A stretch of 64,000 bases of DNA from NCBI GenBank assembly GCA_964426725.1, contig CAYRRV010000015.1, positions 7,765 through 71,764 on the forward strand, read 5' to 3'. Source of the stretch: an uncultured Bacteroidales bacterium. Its GTDB lineage: Bacteria; Bacteroidota; Bacteroidia; Bacteroidales; CAYRRV01. The notes beneath the pieces were generated by a model that did not search any database, had not been told where the DNA came from, and saw only the letters and a list, made by a program, of their open reading frames with translations. Made by a program: the position numbers and the translations under genes. How positions within the stretch are numbered: position 1 is the stretch's first letter; each line of letters begins with the position of its first letter. This document shows, one piece after another, positions 39,632-48,880 of the stretch.

Positions 39632-41943
39632 AATTCTTCTCTTTTTTTTGCTGCAATTACTAATTGTCCTAATGCTATACCCCCGTCATTGGAAGGTACA
39701 GTACCATGGGTAAGTACCCTGAAACCATTCTCCTCCAAAAGTGGTTCGGTTTTCCCCAACAGGTACCTGTTCTGAAATGTACCCCCGGAAAGAACAACGG
39801 TATTAATACCATGTATTTCCCGGATTTTTTTCGTCACTGTAAAAATAACCGAAATGATTGTATTATGAAATCTTGTAGCAATGTTTTGTATATCTTCGTT
39901 TCGTGAAATATCATCCATAATAGCTCGTGTAGTTGATTTAAATGAAATCACGTTTTTTTGAAAATCAAAAGGATATTCTCCCCTGATACCAGGATTTATT
40001 GCTGCCTCCAACCTCATGGGAGCCTCGGCATGAAAACCGCTGTTCAAACAAAGGCCTGTAATGGCAGCAATACCATCAAATAACCGTCCTGCACTGGAAC
40101 TCAAGGGTGAATTGATATTTTTTTCAATGGCCTGTATTATAAGATTAATTTTCCCGGGATCAATTTTTTGCAATAAATTCATATCAACATGAAAAATATC
40201 TTTCCCGAATGTATGATACAGGTAACTCAGGCCTGTACGCCAAGGTTGTTTTGTTGCTACATCCCCTCCCGGTACCGGGATGTACTCAAAATGAGCTTCT
40301 CTTGAATATCCTGACAAATCAGCAACCAAAAACTCTCCTCCCCAGATATGACCATCGTCACCTAAACCAGTGCCATCAAAGCACACCCCGATTACTTTTT
40401 CATAATGCCCATGTTCGGCCATGCAAGAGGCCAAATGGGCATGATGATGTTGGATTTTTACCTGAGGTAGTCCTGTTTCAGCGGCGTATGAACTTGAAAG
40501 ATAATCAGGATGCAAATCCCGGGCAACAAGTGAAGGCTGAAACCGGAATAATTTTTTATACCTTTTGATTGATTCCGTGTAAAAAGAATAAGTTTCATAA
40601 TTCTTTAAATCCCCAATATACTGACTTAAGATAGCCTGATTCTCCCTGCCAATAGCAAAACAATTCACCAGCTCGGCCCCGGTAGCCAATATGCCTTCAA
40701 CATTTAAACTTGTTAACACGGGTGATGGTGCAAATCCTCTTGATCGCCTGATTAACCTTTGCTTCTTATTCACTGAAAATGCAACAGAATCGTCTACCCG
40801 GTTATTAATGTCACGGTTATGTTCAACTATAGCATCAACCCTGCTGCCAAAACATTTTTCTGCTTTTTTATTATCAATAATAATAGGTTCATCAGAAATA
40901 TTACCGCTGGTTAAAACAATGGCCGGCGATTCCAGCTTAGCAAGTAACTGGTAATGAAAAGGCATGTAGGGTAATAGCACACCAAGAGTTGGAAATCCGT
41001 TAGAAACAGCCTGTACAGGAAATTTGTCCGATTGAAGGATTACAACCGGTCTCTGCCAGGATTCAAGTATTTGTTGCTCATTTTTATCCACAGAAACATA
41101 TGATTGGAGGGATAAAATATCACGGAACATAACGGCAAAGGGTTTGGCTTCCCTTTGCTTAATTTGTCTTAGCCTTTCAACAGCCCTGTTACTGAAAGCA
41201 TCGCACATGAGATGGTATCCACCGATACCTCGTACCGCAATAATTTTCTCTTCTTTAATCAGCATGGTAATCCTCTCCAGGATTGCATCAATTCCATTTA
41301 GTAAATTACCTCCCTCGATCAACTGGTAATTCGGTCCACAGGAATTACATGCCACGGGTTGGGCGTGAAATCGGCGATCGAGAATATCATGGTATTCTCG
41401 TGCACAATCAGCGCACATTGCAAATTCAGACATGGTTGTATTTTCCCGGTCATAAGGCAAATCCCGGGTTATGCTGAAGCGCGGACCACAATTGGTGCAG
41501 TTGGTAAAAGGATAATCCAACCGATGCGACTGATGTTTCATATCGCGTATACAATCCGGACACACGGCAATATCAGGACTCACCCATGTAATTCCTTCTA
41601 CATCTGATTCACTTGATTTTATGGTAAAAGAACTGACATGTTTTGTTTTCGTTTCCAATATTTCGATAGATTCAATGGTTGCCGCGAGAGGAGCTTCACG
41701 TTGAATATCAGCGATGAAGTTTTGAATCGATCCATTCAGTCCTTCCACGTGTAAAGTAACCCCGTGAAGGTTATTGGTAACCCACCCGGAGAGGTCATGT
41801 TTCAAGGCCAGCCTGTAAATGAAAGGCCTGAACCCTACCCCCTGCACTAAACCATTTATTGTAATCTTTCTCGCTTTCAAATATTTTCGATAGTTATTAC
41901 CACAAAACGATAAGTTTAAGGTAAAAATTTCGTCCTGGTTCAT
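39622..41943 (-). CDS. hypF: carbamoyltransferase HypF
   Basis: Acylphosphatase domain (INGLVQGVGFRPFIYRLA), two CxxC-x18-CxxC zinc fingers (CPDC...CTNCGPR, CADC...CNSCGP), and YrdC and Kae1-like domains. 773 aa. Confidence 0.95.
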   Translation of the reverse strand: MNQDEIFTLNLSFCGNNYRKYLKARKITINGLVQGVGFRPFIYRLALKHDLSGWVTNNLHGVTLHVEGLNGSIQNFIADIQREAPLAATIESIEILETKTKHVSSFTIKSSESDVEGITWVSPDIAVCPDCIRDMKHQSHRLDYPFTNCTNCGPRFSITRDLPYDRENTTMSEFAMCADCAREYHDILDRRFHAQPVACNSCGPNYQLIEGGNLLNGIDAILERITMLIKEEKIIAVRGIGGYHLMCDAFSNRAVERLRQIKQREAKPFAVMFRDILSLQSYVSVDKNEQQILESWQRPVVILQSDKFPVQAVSNGFPTLGVLLPYMPFHYQLLAKLESPAIVLTSGNISDEPIIIDNKKAEKCFGSRVDAIVEHNRDINNRVDDSVAFSVNKKQRLIRRSRGFAPSPVLTSLNVEGILATGAELVNCFAIGRENQAILSQYIGDLKNYETYSFYTESIKRYKKLFRFQPSLVARDLHPDYLSSSYAAETGLPQVKIQHHHAHLASCMAEHGHYEKVIGVCFDGTGLGDDGHIWGGEFLVADLSGYSREAHFEYIPVPGGDVATKQPWRTGLSYLYHTFGKDIFHVDMNLLQKIDPGKINLIIQAIEKNINSPLSSSAGRLFDGIAAITGLCLNSGFHAEAPMRLEAAINPGIRGEYPFDFQKNVISFKSTTRAIMDDISRNEDIQNIATRFHNTIISVIFTVTKKIREIHGINTVVLSGGTFQNRYLLGKTEPLLEENGFRVLTHGTVPSNDGGIALGQLVIAAKKREELCV

Positions 41944-44287
41944 GTTTTATAAATCCCCTGTACGTGCTAAGGTGATTTTTATAGGAACGGTCAAAAATAT
42001 TTTCAATCCCACCGAATAACTGAACCCGGGAAGACCCGAAATTAATTCTTTGGGAATGAATATCAAAATTATATATAGCATAACCGCTCGTCGCTGGTTC
42101 ATTTTCAGCCAATCTTTCCTTGTCAGCAAATAATATAACATTTGTTTCAGCATTTAGCCAGCCCGGCAACCGGTACCTGATACCTACCTGACCATTCACG
42201 GGTGGAATTCCAACCAGCGGTTCACCCGTGCTTACATCCTGACCATAAACATAAGAAGCCCGAGATGACAGGACAAAATTCCTGGCGAAGTTATATTCCC
42301 CAAAAAAATCAAAACCCCACAAAGTAGCCTCGTTAATATTCATATTAACCAGGGCCGGCAATGTATCGGGCACCCCGCCTGTAGTGTACTCTTTCACGAA
42401 TATACCGGGTTCCTGGTAAATCAGGTTATCCAAAGTATTGAAAAACACGTTGGTTTTCCAGTTAAACCGGTTACCCCAGTAACGGGTTCCCAGGTCAAAA
42501 AAATACCCTTGTTCAGGTTCAAGGTCGGGGTTACCAAGATCCACGTATGCCCCGAGATCAATGTACTTGTATCGCTCCTCGAGAGAGGGACTCCTGAACG
42601 AACGAGCGAGATTCAGCGTTATATCCAAATCACTGGTTGCCTTATAAAGTAAACCAGCGTTAGCACTCCACGAGACGTTCGTTACATTGCCTTCACTAAA
42701 AGTTACTTTCTGGTTTGGAGGTGTTTCGTTTCTAACTCCATCGATAATAATATAATAGGGGTCAACTGCTTCTTTATTCATCACCTGAATATAATCGAAC
42801 CGCCCTCCAAGAGAAACCTTCAATTTGTTATTCAGGGTGAAGAAATTATCCTGAACAAAGAATCCAATATCAGAGAATGAACTTTCGGGAATCGGGATTT
42901 CACCAATTATTCTGTTTTGATATCCCACGGTTGTCCCACTGGTATCCTGGATTGGAATGGTCTGGTTTTTTTCCCGGCTGGTAGATAATTGTCTTTGCCA
43001 GGCCTCAATTCCACCTGTTACTTCATGATTGCTAAAAAAGCGCCAATTGGTCTGTAATGATAATCCGTTGGTAAGATGCTTTCCGGCGGGGGTTATTCTG
43101 ACATTTGGATTAGGCTGAAGAAGAACATCCCTTAAAATATACTGGTTAAAATATTTTAATGTAAGTTTGTTGAGGCTAGGTAACAAACCCGTGGCATGAT
43201 AAGATATGCTTGTCAGGTCGCGCTTCTCAATTGGATAAGTAGCGGTTGCATTGGGCGGAAATGCAGCCCCTCCTGGTATCCCTACATCCTCGGCCCTGAA
43301 ACGGTTCATTAAGATTTCCACTTCATGGTTTTTCGCGATTTTAGCACCTCCCCGAAAAGATAAATTGTAATCGGTAAACTGACTATTGGGTAACTCTCCT
43401 TCCGGTGTAATTACGTCATCTGCATCGCGATACGACAAATTAAGCCGACCATGAAAATTTTTACTACCGGCACGAATCATCGTGTTCCCTGCATACATGG
43501 AATTTGCAGTATGATAAGAACCCGCTACCCTGCCATTCAGGTATGGTTTGTTATTATAATACCCTGACCCGGTAATCACGTTAACAATACCACCCATGGC
43601 GCCCGTGCCATAAATGGATGATGCTGCACCTTTGATAACTTCAATTCTTTCAATATCAAAAGGATCGATCATTGACAATGCCGCGGATAAATCGGTGGCT
43701 GTCTCGAGCCTGTTGCCATCAATCATGGTAATTAACCGCTGTTCAGACAGCCCACGAATATTTACTGAAGTACCCCACATGCCATCTCGCGATAGCACAA
43801 CCCCAGGTTCTTTTGCCAGCAAATCGGGTATGGTATATACCGAGTGACGAAAAACGTCCTTTTTATCAATAATACCGACAGGGAGCGGAACCTGTCTTAT
43901 ATTATTTTCAGCACGAAGGCTCAAAACAATGACTTCCCCGAGAGATAATATCTTTTCTTCCAGGTGGAGGGTAACATCATTCATTACTTCTTCTAAATCA
44001 ACCGTTTTCTGATAATTGATATAGCCTACACCCGAAGTTTTTAAGATATAAGAATCACTTGGTATACCTGAAATAGAAAATTGCCCTTTTTTGTCGGTAA
44101 CCGCGAAAAATACAGGTTCTCCTGTGGTATCAGGATATGCATGTAATAACACGTGTACAGCGGGTAGCGGTTTCCCTGTCTCCTTTTCCAAAACTTTCCC
44201 CTTCAGGGAGACCTGTCCGAATAGTCCGTTAGTAATTAGAATGAAAGAAAAGAATCCAACTACAAATTTACTTGTTTTCATCATCAA
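41897..44287 (-). CDS. TonB-dependent receptor with CarboxypepD_reg-like N-terminal domain
   Basis: Signal peptide, the LKGKVLEKETGKPLPAVHVLL fold motif, a plug (VIKGAASSIYGTGAMGGIVNV) and a beta-barrel ending in aromatic W. 3' end overlaps the hypF start by 47 nt. 5' end overlaps the TM1266-like gene by 20 nt. Confidence 0.9.
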   Translation of the reverse strand: MMMKTSKFVVGFFSFILITNGLFGQVSLKGKVLEKETGKPLPAVHVLLHAYPDTTGEPVFFAVTDKKGQFSISGIPSDSYILKTSGVGYINYQKTVDLEEVMNDVTLHLEEKILSLGEVIVLSLRAENNIRQVPLPVGIIDKKDVFRHSVYTIPDLLAKEPGVVLSRDGMWGTSVNIRGLSEQRLITMIDGNRLETATDLSAALSMIDPFDIERIEVIKGAASSIYGTGAMGGIVNVITGSGYYNNKPYLNGRVAGSYHTANSMYAGNTMIRAGSKNFHGRLNLSYRDADDVITPEGELPNSQFTDYNLSFRGGAKIAKNHEVEILMNRFRAEDVGIPGGAAFPPNATATYPIEKRDLTSISYHATGLLPSLNKLTLKYFNQYILRDVLLQPNPNVRITPAGKHLTNGLSLQTNWRFFSNHEVTGGIEAWQRQLSTSREKNQTIPIQDTSGTTVGYQNRIIGEIPIPESSFSDIGFFVQDNFFTLNNKLKVSLGGRFDYIQVMNKEAVDPYYIIIDGVRNETPPNQKVTFSEGNVTNVSWSANAGLLYKATSDLDITLNLARSFRSPSLEERYKYIDLGAYVDLGNPDLEPEQGYFFDLGTRYWGNRFNWKTNVFFNTLDNLIYQEPGIFVKEYTTGGVPDTLPALVNMNINEATLWGFDFFGEYNFARNFVLSSRASYVYGQDVSTGEPLVGIPPVNGQVGIRYRLPGWLNAETNVILFADKERLAENEPATSGYAIYNFDIHSQRINFGSSRVQLFGGIENIFDRSYKNHLSTYRGFIKHEPGRNFYLKLIVLW

Positions 44288-44534
44288 AATTGTTCTTTAT
44301 TAGTACTGATTTAACCTTCACGCCCTTTAACCTGCCTAATTTTCCGGTAAGAGACCCGATTTCGTCAGTATTTCCCTCTAGAACAATTGAAATAACAGAT
44401 ATCCCGCGATCACGCAACGGAATTCCCTGCCGGCCAATAATAATTTGACCATGCGCTGAAAGAATCTCGTTAATTTTCGTCGTGTTATTGGATTCTTTAA
44501 CAATTACAAGTACTGATCCAATTCTCTTTTCCAT
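44268..44534 (-). CDS. TM1266-family ACT/NikR-C-like protein (putative iron-only hydrogenase system regulator family)
   Basis: 88 aa. MEKRIGSVLVIV...GISVISIVLEGNTDEIGSLTGKLGRLKGVKVKSV matches my recollection of the TM1266 / TIGR03959-type pattern. Strong SD (GGAGGA) 6 nt upstream. Confidence 0.7.
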   Translation of the reverse strand: MEKRIGSVLVIVKESNNTTKINEILSAHGQIIIGRQGIPLRDRGISVISIVLEGNTDEIGSLTGKLGRLKGVKVKSVLIKNNFDDENK

Positions 44535-44660
44535 CAGATTTCCTCCGGATTAGATGCTGTTCAGAAACCTTGAAACGGATAAAATCCGATCCTCAGTTAA
44601 TAAAAGCAGTTTTATTAATTGACAGCAAAAATAACAATATATTTTGAAAGAAAAACACTA

Positions 44661-44678
44661 TTGTTATCAAAATAACAA
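44661..44678. promoter_or_regulatory. Rex-operator-like palindrome upstream of the TM1266-like/TonB-receptor/hypFCDE operon
   Basis: TTGTTAT-CAAA-ATAACAA, 18 bp, the same core as the two boxes at 52350-52384. About 127 nt upstream of the 44534 start. An extra inverted repeat ATAACAATA (44631-44639) / TATTGTTAT (44659-44667) is present. Confidence 0.5.
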
Positions 44679-44841
44679 GAGAAGCTACCTCATGGGGCTC
44701 ACGAATTCTATGCATGGGTGTGCATGTCCATCGATTATTTAAAGACATAAATTCACATGAAGATATACAAAATATCAAAGATAAAAAAGACATTAGTTTT
44801 ATGCCTTCAAAAGCTGAAAAAGAAACACGAGTACAGGAATA

Positions 44842-45060
44842 CTAACGCATTGATCTCCGGATTGCTTTCTTGGTAGCTTTCCTGTATGTTTTGTGCGATT
44901 TTTTGAGTTTCGCGTTGTACTTTTTACTGTTCATAATGGCATTTCTGGGCAGTTCCCTGGTATCCAGCAACATCAAGCCTCTCTTTGAACTAAAGGACTT
45001 GCTTGATGAACTGCAACCGAAACACGCGAATACAAATAATATGATTACAATTCTCATCAT
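44842..45060 (-). CDS. small basic hypothetical protein with signal peptide
   Basis: 72 aa. MMRIVIILFVFACFGCSSS, then a Lys/Arg-rich tail. Weak support; no family recognised. Confidence 0.3.
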   Translation of the reverse strand: MMRIVIILFVFACFGCSSSSKSFSSKRGLMLLDTRELPRNAIMNSKKYNAKLKKSHKTYRKATKKAIRRSMR

Positions 45061-45302
45061 AGCAATTGATTTTTACTTGATGATACGGCAATAATCTATA
45101 TTGGTTGCATTATTTCACAAAAATTCTCCTAATAGTTGAAGTTAGAGAAAAAAGCATATCTTACAGCACTATAAATCATATCAATTGTTAGTCAGGTAGA
45201 ATTATCTTACATATAAATACGGTTTTATTCTATTTTTAAAATTAGTATGTACAACCCGCTTATTTAAAGAGAGACGGCTGGATTTTTTAAACATTAGCTA
45301 TT

Positions 45303-45336
45303 AAAAAAAAGAGGTTATCTTTTTTAAGATAACCTC
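45303..45336 (-). terminator. rho-independent terminator ending the rex-hox operon
   Basis: GAGGTTATCTT-tttt-AAGATAACCTC. On the minus strand it is followed by T8, 23 nt after the DHOD-like stop. Confidence 0.8.
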
Positions 45337-45358
45337 CTCATGTAAATTTATAAATCTC

Positions 45359-46342
45359 TCAATCTATTTTTCCGATAGTTTTTTTCATGAACTGAACTCT
45401 TTCAAAGGCCGCTGAACTTTGTTCATCTTTCACGGCTATTCCCCGGCAGTCATCCAATGAATTATAGCCCTGACGATTCATCCAAGCCTCAAATTCCCGG
45501 AGCATAGTACCGGCATAACTAATTCCGTTCTTGTAAAGAGTAGAACAGACCTGCACGGTGGTGGCTCCAGCAAGAATTTGCCTGGCCATGCCCGTGAAAT
45601 CATGGATACCGGTAGAAGCCGCTATATTACAACCTGCTTTGGCTGACATGAGTGCCACCCAACGCAAAGGGATGGTAATTTCCTCCGGTGAACTATATCG
45701 ATTTCTGGCAACAACCGCCACGTTATCAATATCTATATCAGGACGAAAAAACCTGTTAAATAATATTATGGCACCAATACCTGCATTACTCAGTTTATGA
45801 ATAAACCGGGCAGGATTTGTAAAATGAAATCCTATTTTTACCGCGATGGGTAACCCTGTATTTTTCTTCACCTCCTTAATAATATCAAAATAGGTATCTT
45901 CTATTCTCGAGGGAGGATAATTCATATCCGCAGGAGAAATACTTACGTTTAATTCCAGCCCATCGGCACCGGATTTTTCAATTTCTGAGGCAAAAACTGG
46001 CCATTCCCGCGGTGTAATGCAGTTAATGCTGGCGATAACCGGAATACTGGTTTCCTTTTTTGCCGCTGCAATAAGATTCAAGTAGGCATCTACACCATCT
46101 TCACGACTAAACTCATTAAGGTAATCAATAGCTTCGGGGTACCAGAAATACATGTCGTCCTGGGTCATCAAGCGGTCTTTGTCTACAAGAATTTGCTCCT
46201 CGAAAAGAGATTTAAGAACAACGGCACCAACGCCGGCTTCCTCGCACTTCTTAACTTTTTCCACCGAGTTGGTCAGCTCAGAACTACTTACAATCAAGGG
46301 ATTTTTTAGTTTCAAGCCCATGTAGTTTGTTGATAAATCCAT
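45359..46342 (-). CDS. dihydroorotate dehydrogenase-like (class 1 DHOD/DPD-fold) flavoprotein
   Basis: 327 aa. TIM-barrel FMN-binding pattern (NPLIVSSS..., GADGLELN.S.P, final GG.. region). Last gene of the hox transcription unit. Confidence 0.7.
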   Translation of the reverse strand: MDLSTNYMGLKLKNPLIVSSSELTNSVEKVKKCEEAGVGAVVLKSLFEEQILVDKDRLMTQDDMYFWYPEAIDYLNEFSREDGVDAYLNLIAAAKKETSIPVIASINCITPREWPVFASEIEKSGADGLELNVSISPADMNYPPSRIEDTYFDIIKEVKKNTGLPIAVKIGFHFTNPARFIHKLSNAGIGAIILFNRFFRPDIDIDNVAVVARNRYSSPEEITIPLRWVALMSAKAGCNIAASTGIHDFTGMARQILAGATTVQVCSTLYKNGISYAGTMLREFEAWMNRQGYNSLDDCRGIAVKDEQSSAAFERVQFMKKTIGKID

Positions 46343-46375
46343 AATCGTGTTGTTTTAAAGGGTTTATTGGTATTT

Positions 46376-46864
46376 TTATTCATTTACTGTTTCAGCCAAA
46401 CGCTCAGGACACTTCAGATAACTGGTCAGGAATTCAAAAGCCGCTTCCAGGTTTATTTTAGCCTTTCTCGTGAGTGATTCTTTAAGCTCCCACTCGTATC
46501 CCCTGATATGCATAAGATAACATGCAGGAACTTTGCCGTAAATCTGTCTACATAAATTCACCACGAAACCAGGGCTGACCGAGTGCATGGTAAATTCAAC
46601 CTTCGGGGAAGGCTCTACCTCTGTCATGCAATGGCCGGGAATATCTTCCATGGAAGCATCTGCAAAAACCACGACGTCACTGTTTGAAATTTCAGCAGCA
46701 TCTTCAATATTGAGCTGATAATTAGAATCCGTGATGATATTTGTAAAATGATTATTTCTTGCCCACTTTTCAATCTTTTCAGCCAAAAGAACCCCGAGGC
46801 CATCATCCTGACGGCCCGGGTTACCGTATCCATAGACAAGTATCTTTGGAGTTGCTTGCATCAT
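46376..46864 (-). CDS. hoxW: [NiFe] hydrogenase maturation endopeptidase (HoxW/HycI family)
   Basis: ILVYGYGNPGRQDDGLG signature. 162 aa. Start overlaps the hoxH stop by 4 nt. Confidence 0.9.
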   Translation of the reverse strand: MMQATPKILVYGYGNPGRQDDGLGVLLAEKIEKWARNNHFTNIITDSNYQLNIEDAAEISNSDVVVFADASMEDIPGHCMTEVEPSPKVEFTMHSVSPGFVVNLCRQIYGKVPACYLMHIRGYEWELKESLTRKAKINLEAAFEFLTSYLKCPERLAETVNE

Positions 46865-48312
46865 GAAATATACTTGTCAATTAATTTATCATCTTCACCA
46901 ACCAAAGTAATCTCGAGTGGCATTTTGCCAAGCGCGTGGGTAGCACAGCTCAAACAGGGATCGTATGCTCTAATTGCTACTTCCACAGCATTTTTCATAC
47001 CCTCTGTAATTTCGGATTTGCCGGTAAATTGTGCTTTAGCAACCTGGTTTACAGCAACGTTCATGGGTTCGTTATTATTAGTGGTAGAAACAATTAGGTT
47101 AGCCATTTCAATCTGATCATTATGGTTAACGCGATAATGATGGAACAATGTTCCCCTGGGAGCCTCGAGTAATCCGATACCCTCCAGTTTTTTCTCACCT
47201 TTGGTAACCAGGTCACCTTTCAGTAGATCCGGGTCATTCAGGAGTTCCTTCATCATCTCTGCACTGTGGAGTGTTTCTATTAACCGGCACCAGTGCATGT
47301 GCATGGCACTGTTACTGGGTTTTTCCTTCGTGTAATTCTTGTAGTATTCAAATTCCTTCTGTGCCATTGGGGTAGGAATAAACTCGGCAGTGTTCAGTCT
47401 TGCCAGTGGTCCTACCGTGTACCAACCATTCTTTTTACCCAGTTCTTTCAGGTAAGGAAACTTCATGTAGCTCCATGAGCGTACCTCTTCATCAATATAT
47501 TGGAGATAATCCTGGTACTTTATATCGTTCAGTATCTTGTTACCATCCTTATCGACTGCCCTTAACACTCCATGATATAAATCAAGTGCACCATCCGCGC
47601 GAACCAAACTCAGGTAATTGGAAGGAAATGTTACAAATTTATCGATAAGATCAACATTCTTCGTGTGGTAATCTTTAAAGAAATCGAGAGCTGCCTGGGC
47701 CCATTCTATCATCTTGTCAATGTTCAGCGGGTCTGGTCCCTTGAGAAATTCATCTCGTTCTTCGATGGTAAGATGCTTATTAATTCCGCCGGGAATTGCA
47801 CCGGTACCATGGATTTTTTTACCTGCAGTAGCCCGGATAACCTCCTGTCCGAATTTTCTCATCATCACTCCCTGAACAGCAAGATCCTTGTATTCCTGAG
47901 CCACGCCAATCACGTTTCGGACAACGGGATCTGCATCAACGCCAAAAAGAAGATCAGGTGATGCCAGGTGGAAAAAATGAAGGGCGTGCGACTGGAACAT
48001 CTGGCCATAATGCATCAGGCGACGCATTTTTTCGCCAGTTGGTGTTAAACCGTCACCGGTTCCTGCTCCCACGATTTCATCCATCGCCTTGGCAGATGCC
48101 AGGTGGTGGCTCACGGGACATATTCCACAAAGACGTTGAACCAGTACCGGTGCTTCCCAGTAGGGACGTCCCTGAACAAATCTCTCAAACCCCCTGAATT
48201 CAACGATATGTAATCTTGTTTGTGTAACATTACCGGCATTATCAAGATGAACTGTCACCTTCCCATGTCCTTCAACCCTGGTTACCGGTTCTATTGTTAT
48301 TTTTTGTGCCAT
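46861..48312 (-). CDS. hoxH: NAD-linked bidirectional [NiFe] hydrogenase large subunit (group 3d-like)
   Basis: RVEGHG, the N-terminal RLCGICPVSH and the C-terminal DPCLSCATH Ni-Fe ligand motifs, with a 24-aa tail after His for proteolytic maturation. Confidence 0.9.
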   Translation of the reverse strand: MAQKITIEPVTRVEGHGKVTVHLDNAGNVTQTRLHIVEFRGFERFVQGRPYWEAPVLVQRLCGICPVSHHLASAKAMDEIVGAGTGDGLTPTGEKMRRLMHYGQMFQSHALHFFHLASPDLLFGVDADPVVRNVIGVAQEYKDLAVQGVMMRKFGQEVIRATAGKKIHGTGAIPGGINKHLTIEERDEFLKGPDPLNIDKMIEWAQAALDFFKDYHTKNVDLIDKFVTFPSNYLSLVRADGALDLYHGVLRAVDKDGNKILNDIKYQDYLQYIDEEVRSWSYMKFPYLKELGKKNGWYTVGPLARLNTAEFIPTPMAQKEFEYYKNYTKEKPSNSAMHMHWCRLIETLHSAEMMKELLNDPDLLKGDLVTKGEKKLEGIGLLEAPRGTLFHHYRVNHNDQIEMANLIVSTTNNNEPMNVAVNQVAKAQFTGKSEITEGMKNAVEVAIRAYDPCLSCATHALGKMPLEITLVGEDDKLIDKYIS

Positions 48313-48324
48313 TTTTCTAAAATT

Positions 48325-48873
48325 TTAATCAAATTTAACAACTTCATAAGGTAAATTCATTTCTTCACCCTTTATAAGAGCGACAAGGGCATTCCAGATC
48401 AAGTCAGCTCTCGGTGGACAACCCGGCAGGTAATAATCAATCTTAACTACCTCGTGACAAGGATATACTTTATCAAGCAAGATGGGTAGTTCCTCGTCGT
48501 TTGGAATGATTTTATCGTCATTTGCTACAACTGAAGGTGACTTAAGGTAGGCTTCCTCAAGACATTCCTGCACGGGCAGACCGTTTCTCATGGCGGGTAA
48601 TCCACCCATGATCGCGCACTCGCCAACAGAAATAAGAATCTTGCATTGTTTCCTGAATTCCCGCAGAACTTCCACGTTCTCGGAATTACAACATCCACCC
48701 TCGATTAATCCAATATCACATTCCTTGGTGAACTCCTTTATATCATTTATTGGTGATTTATTGAATTCCACCAGTTCGATGAGATCCAATATTCTTTCAT
48801 CGATATCCAGGATCGACATGTGGCAGCCAAAACATCCTGCCAATGAAGTTGTTGCAACTACTGGTTTACTCAT
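48325..48873 (-). CDS. hoxY: [NiFe] hydrogenase small subunit (NuoB-like, HoxY)
   Basis: The ATG at 48873 gives MSKPVVATTSLAGCFGCHMS. Proximal-cluster cysteines (GCFGC..., GECA..GG, PGCPP). 182 aa. Confidence 0.9.
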   Translation of the reverse strand: MSKPVVATTSLAGCFGCHMSILDIDERILDLIELVEFNKSPINDIKEFTKECDIGLIEGGCCNSENVEVLREFRKQCKILISVGECAIMGGLPAMRNGLPVQECLEEAYLKSPSVVANDDKIIPNDEELPILLDKVYPCHEVVKIDYYLPGCPPRADLIWNALVALIKGEEMNLPYEVVKFD

Positions 48874-48880
48874 TTTTTTA

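Noticed and set aside
41897-41943. 47-nt overlap between the TonB-dependent receptor 3' end and the hypF 5' end as a possible frameshift or pseudogene
   Set aside because: Both ORFs are full length with intact terminal motifs: the barrel ends in an aromatic residue and the HypF acylphosphatase domain starts right after the overlap. A genuine overlap, or a slightly later non-ATG hypF start, is more likely.
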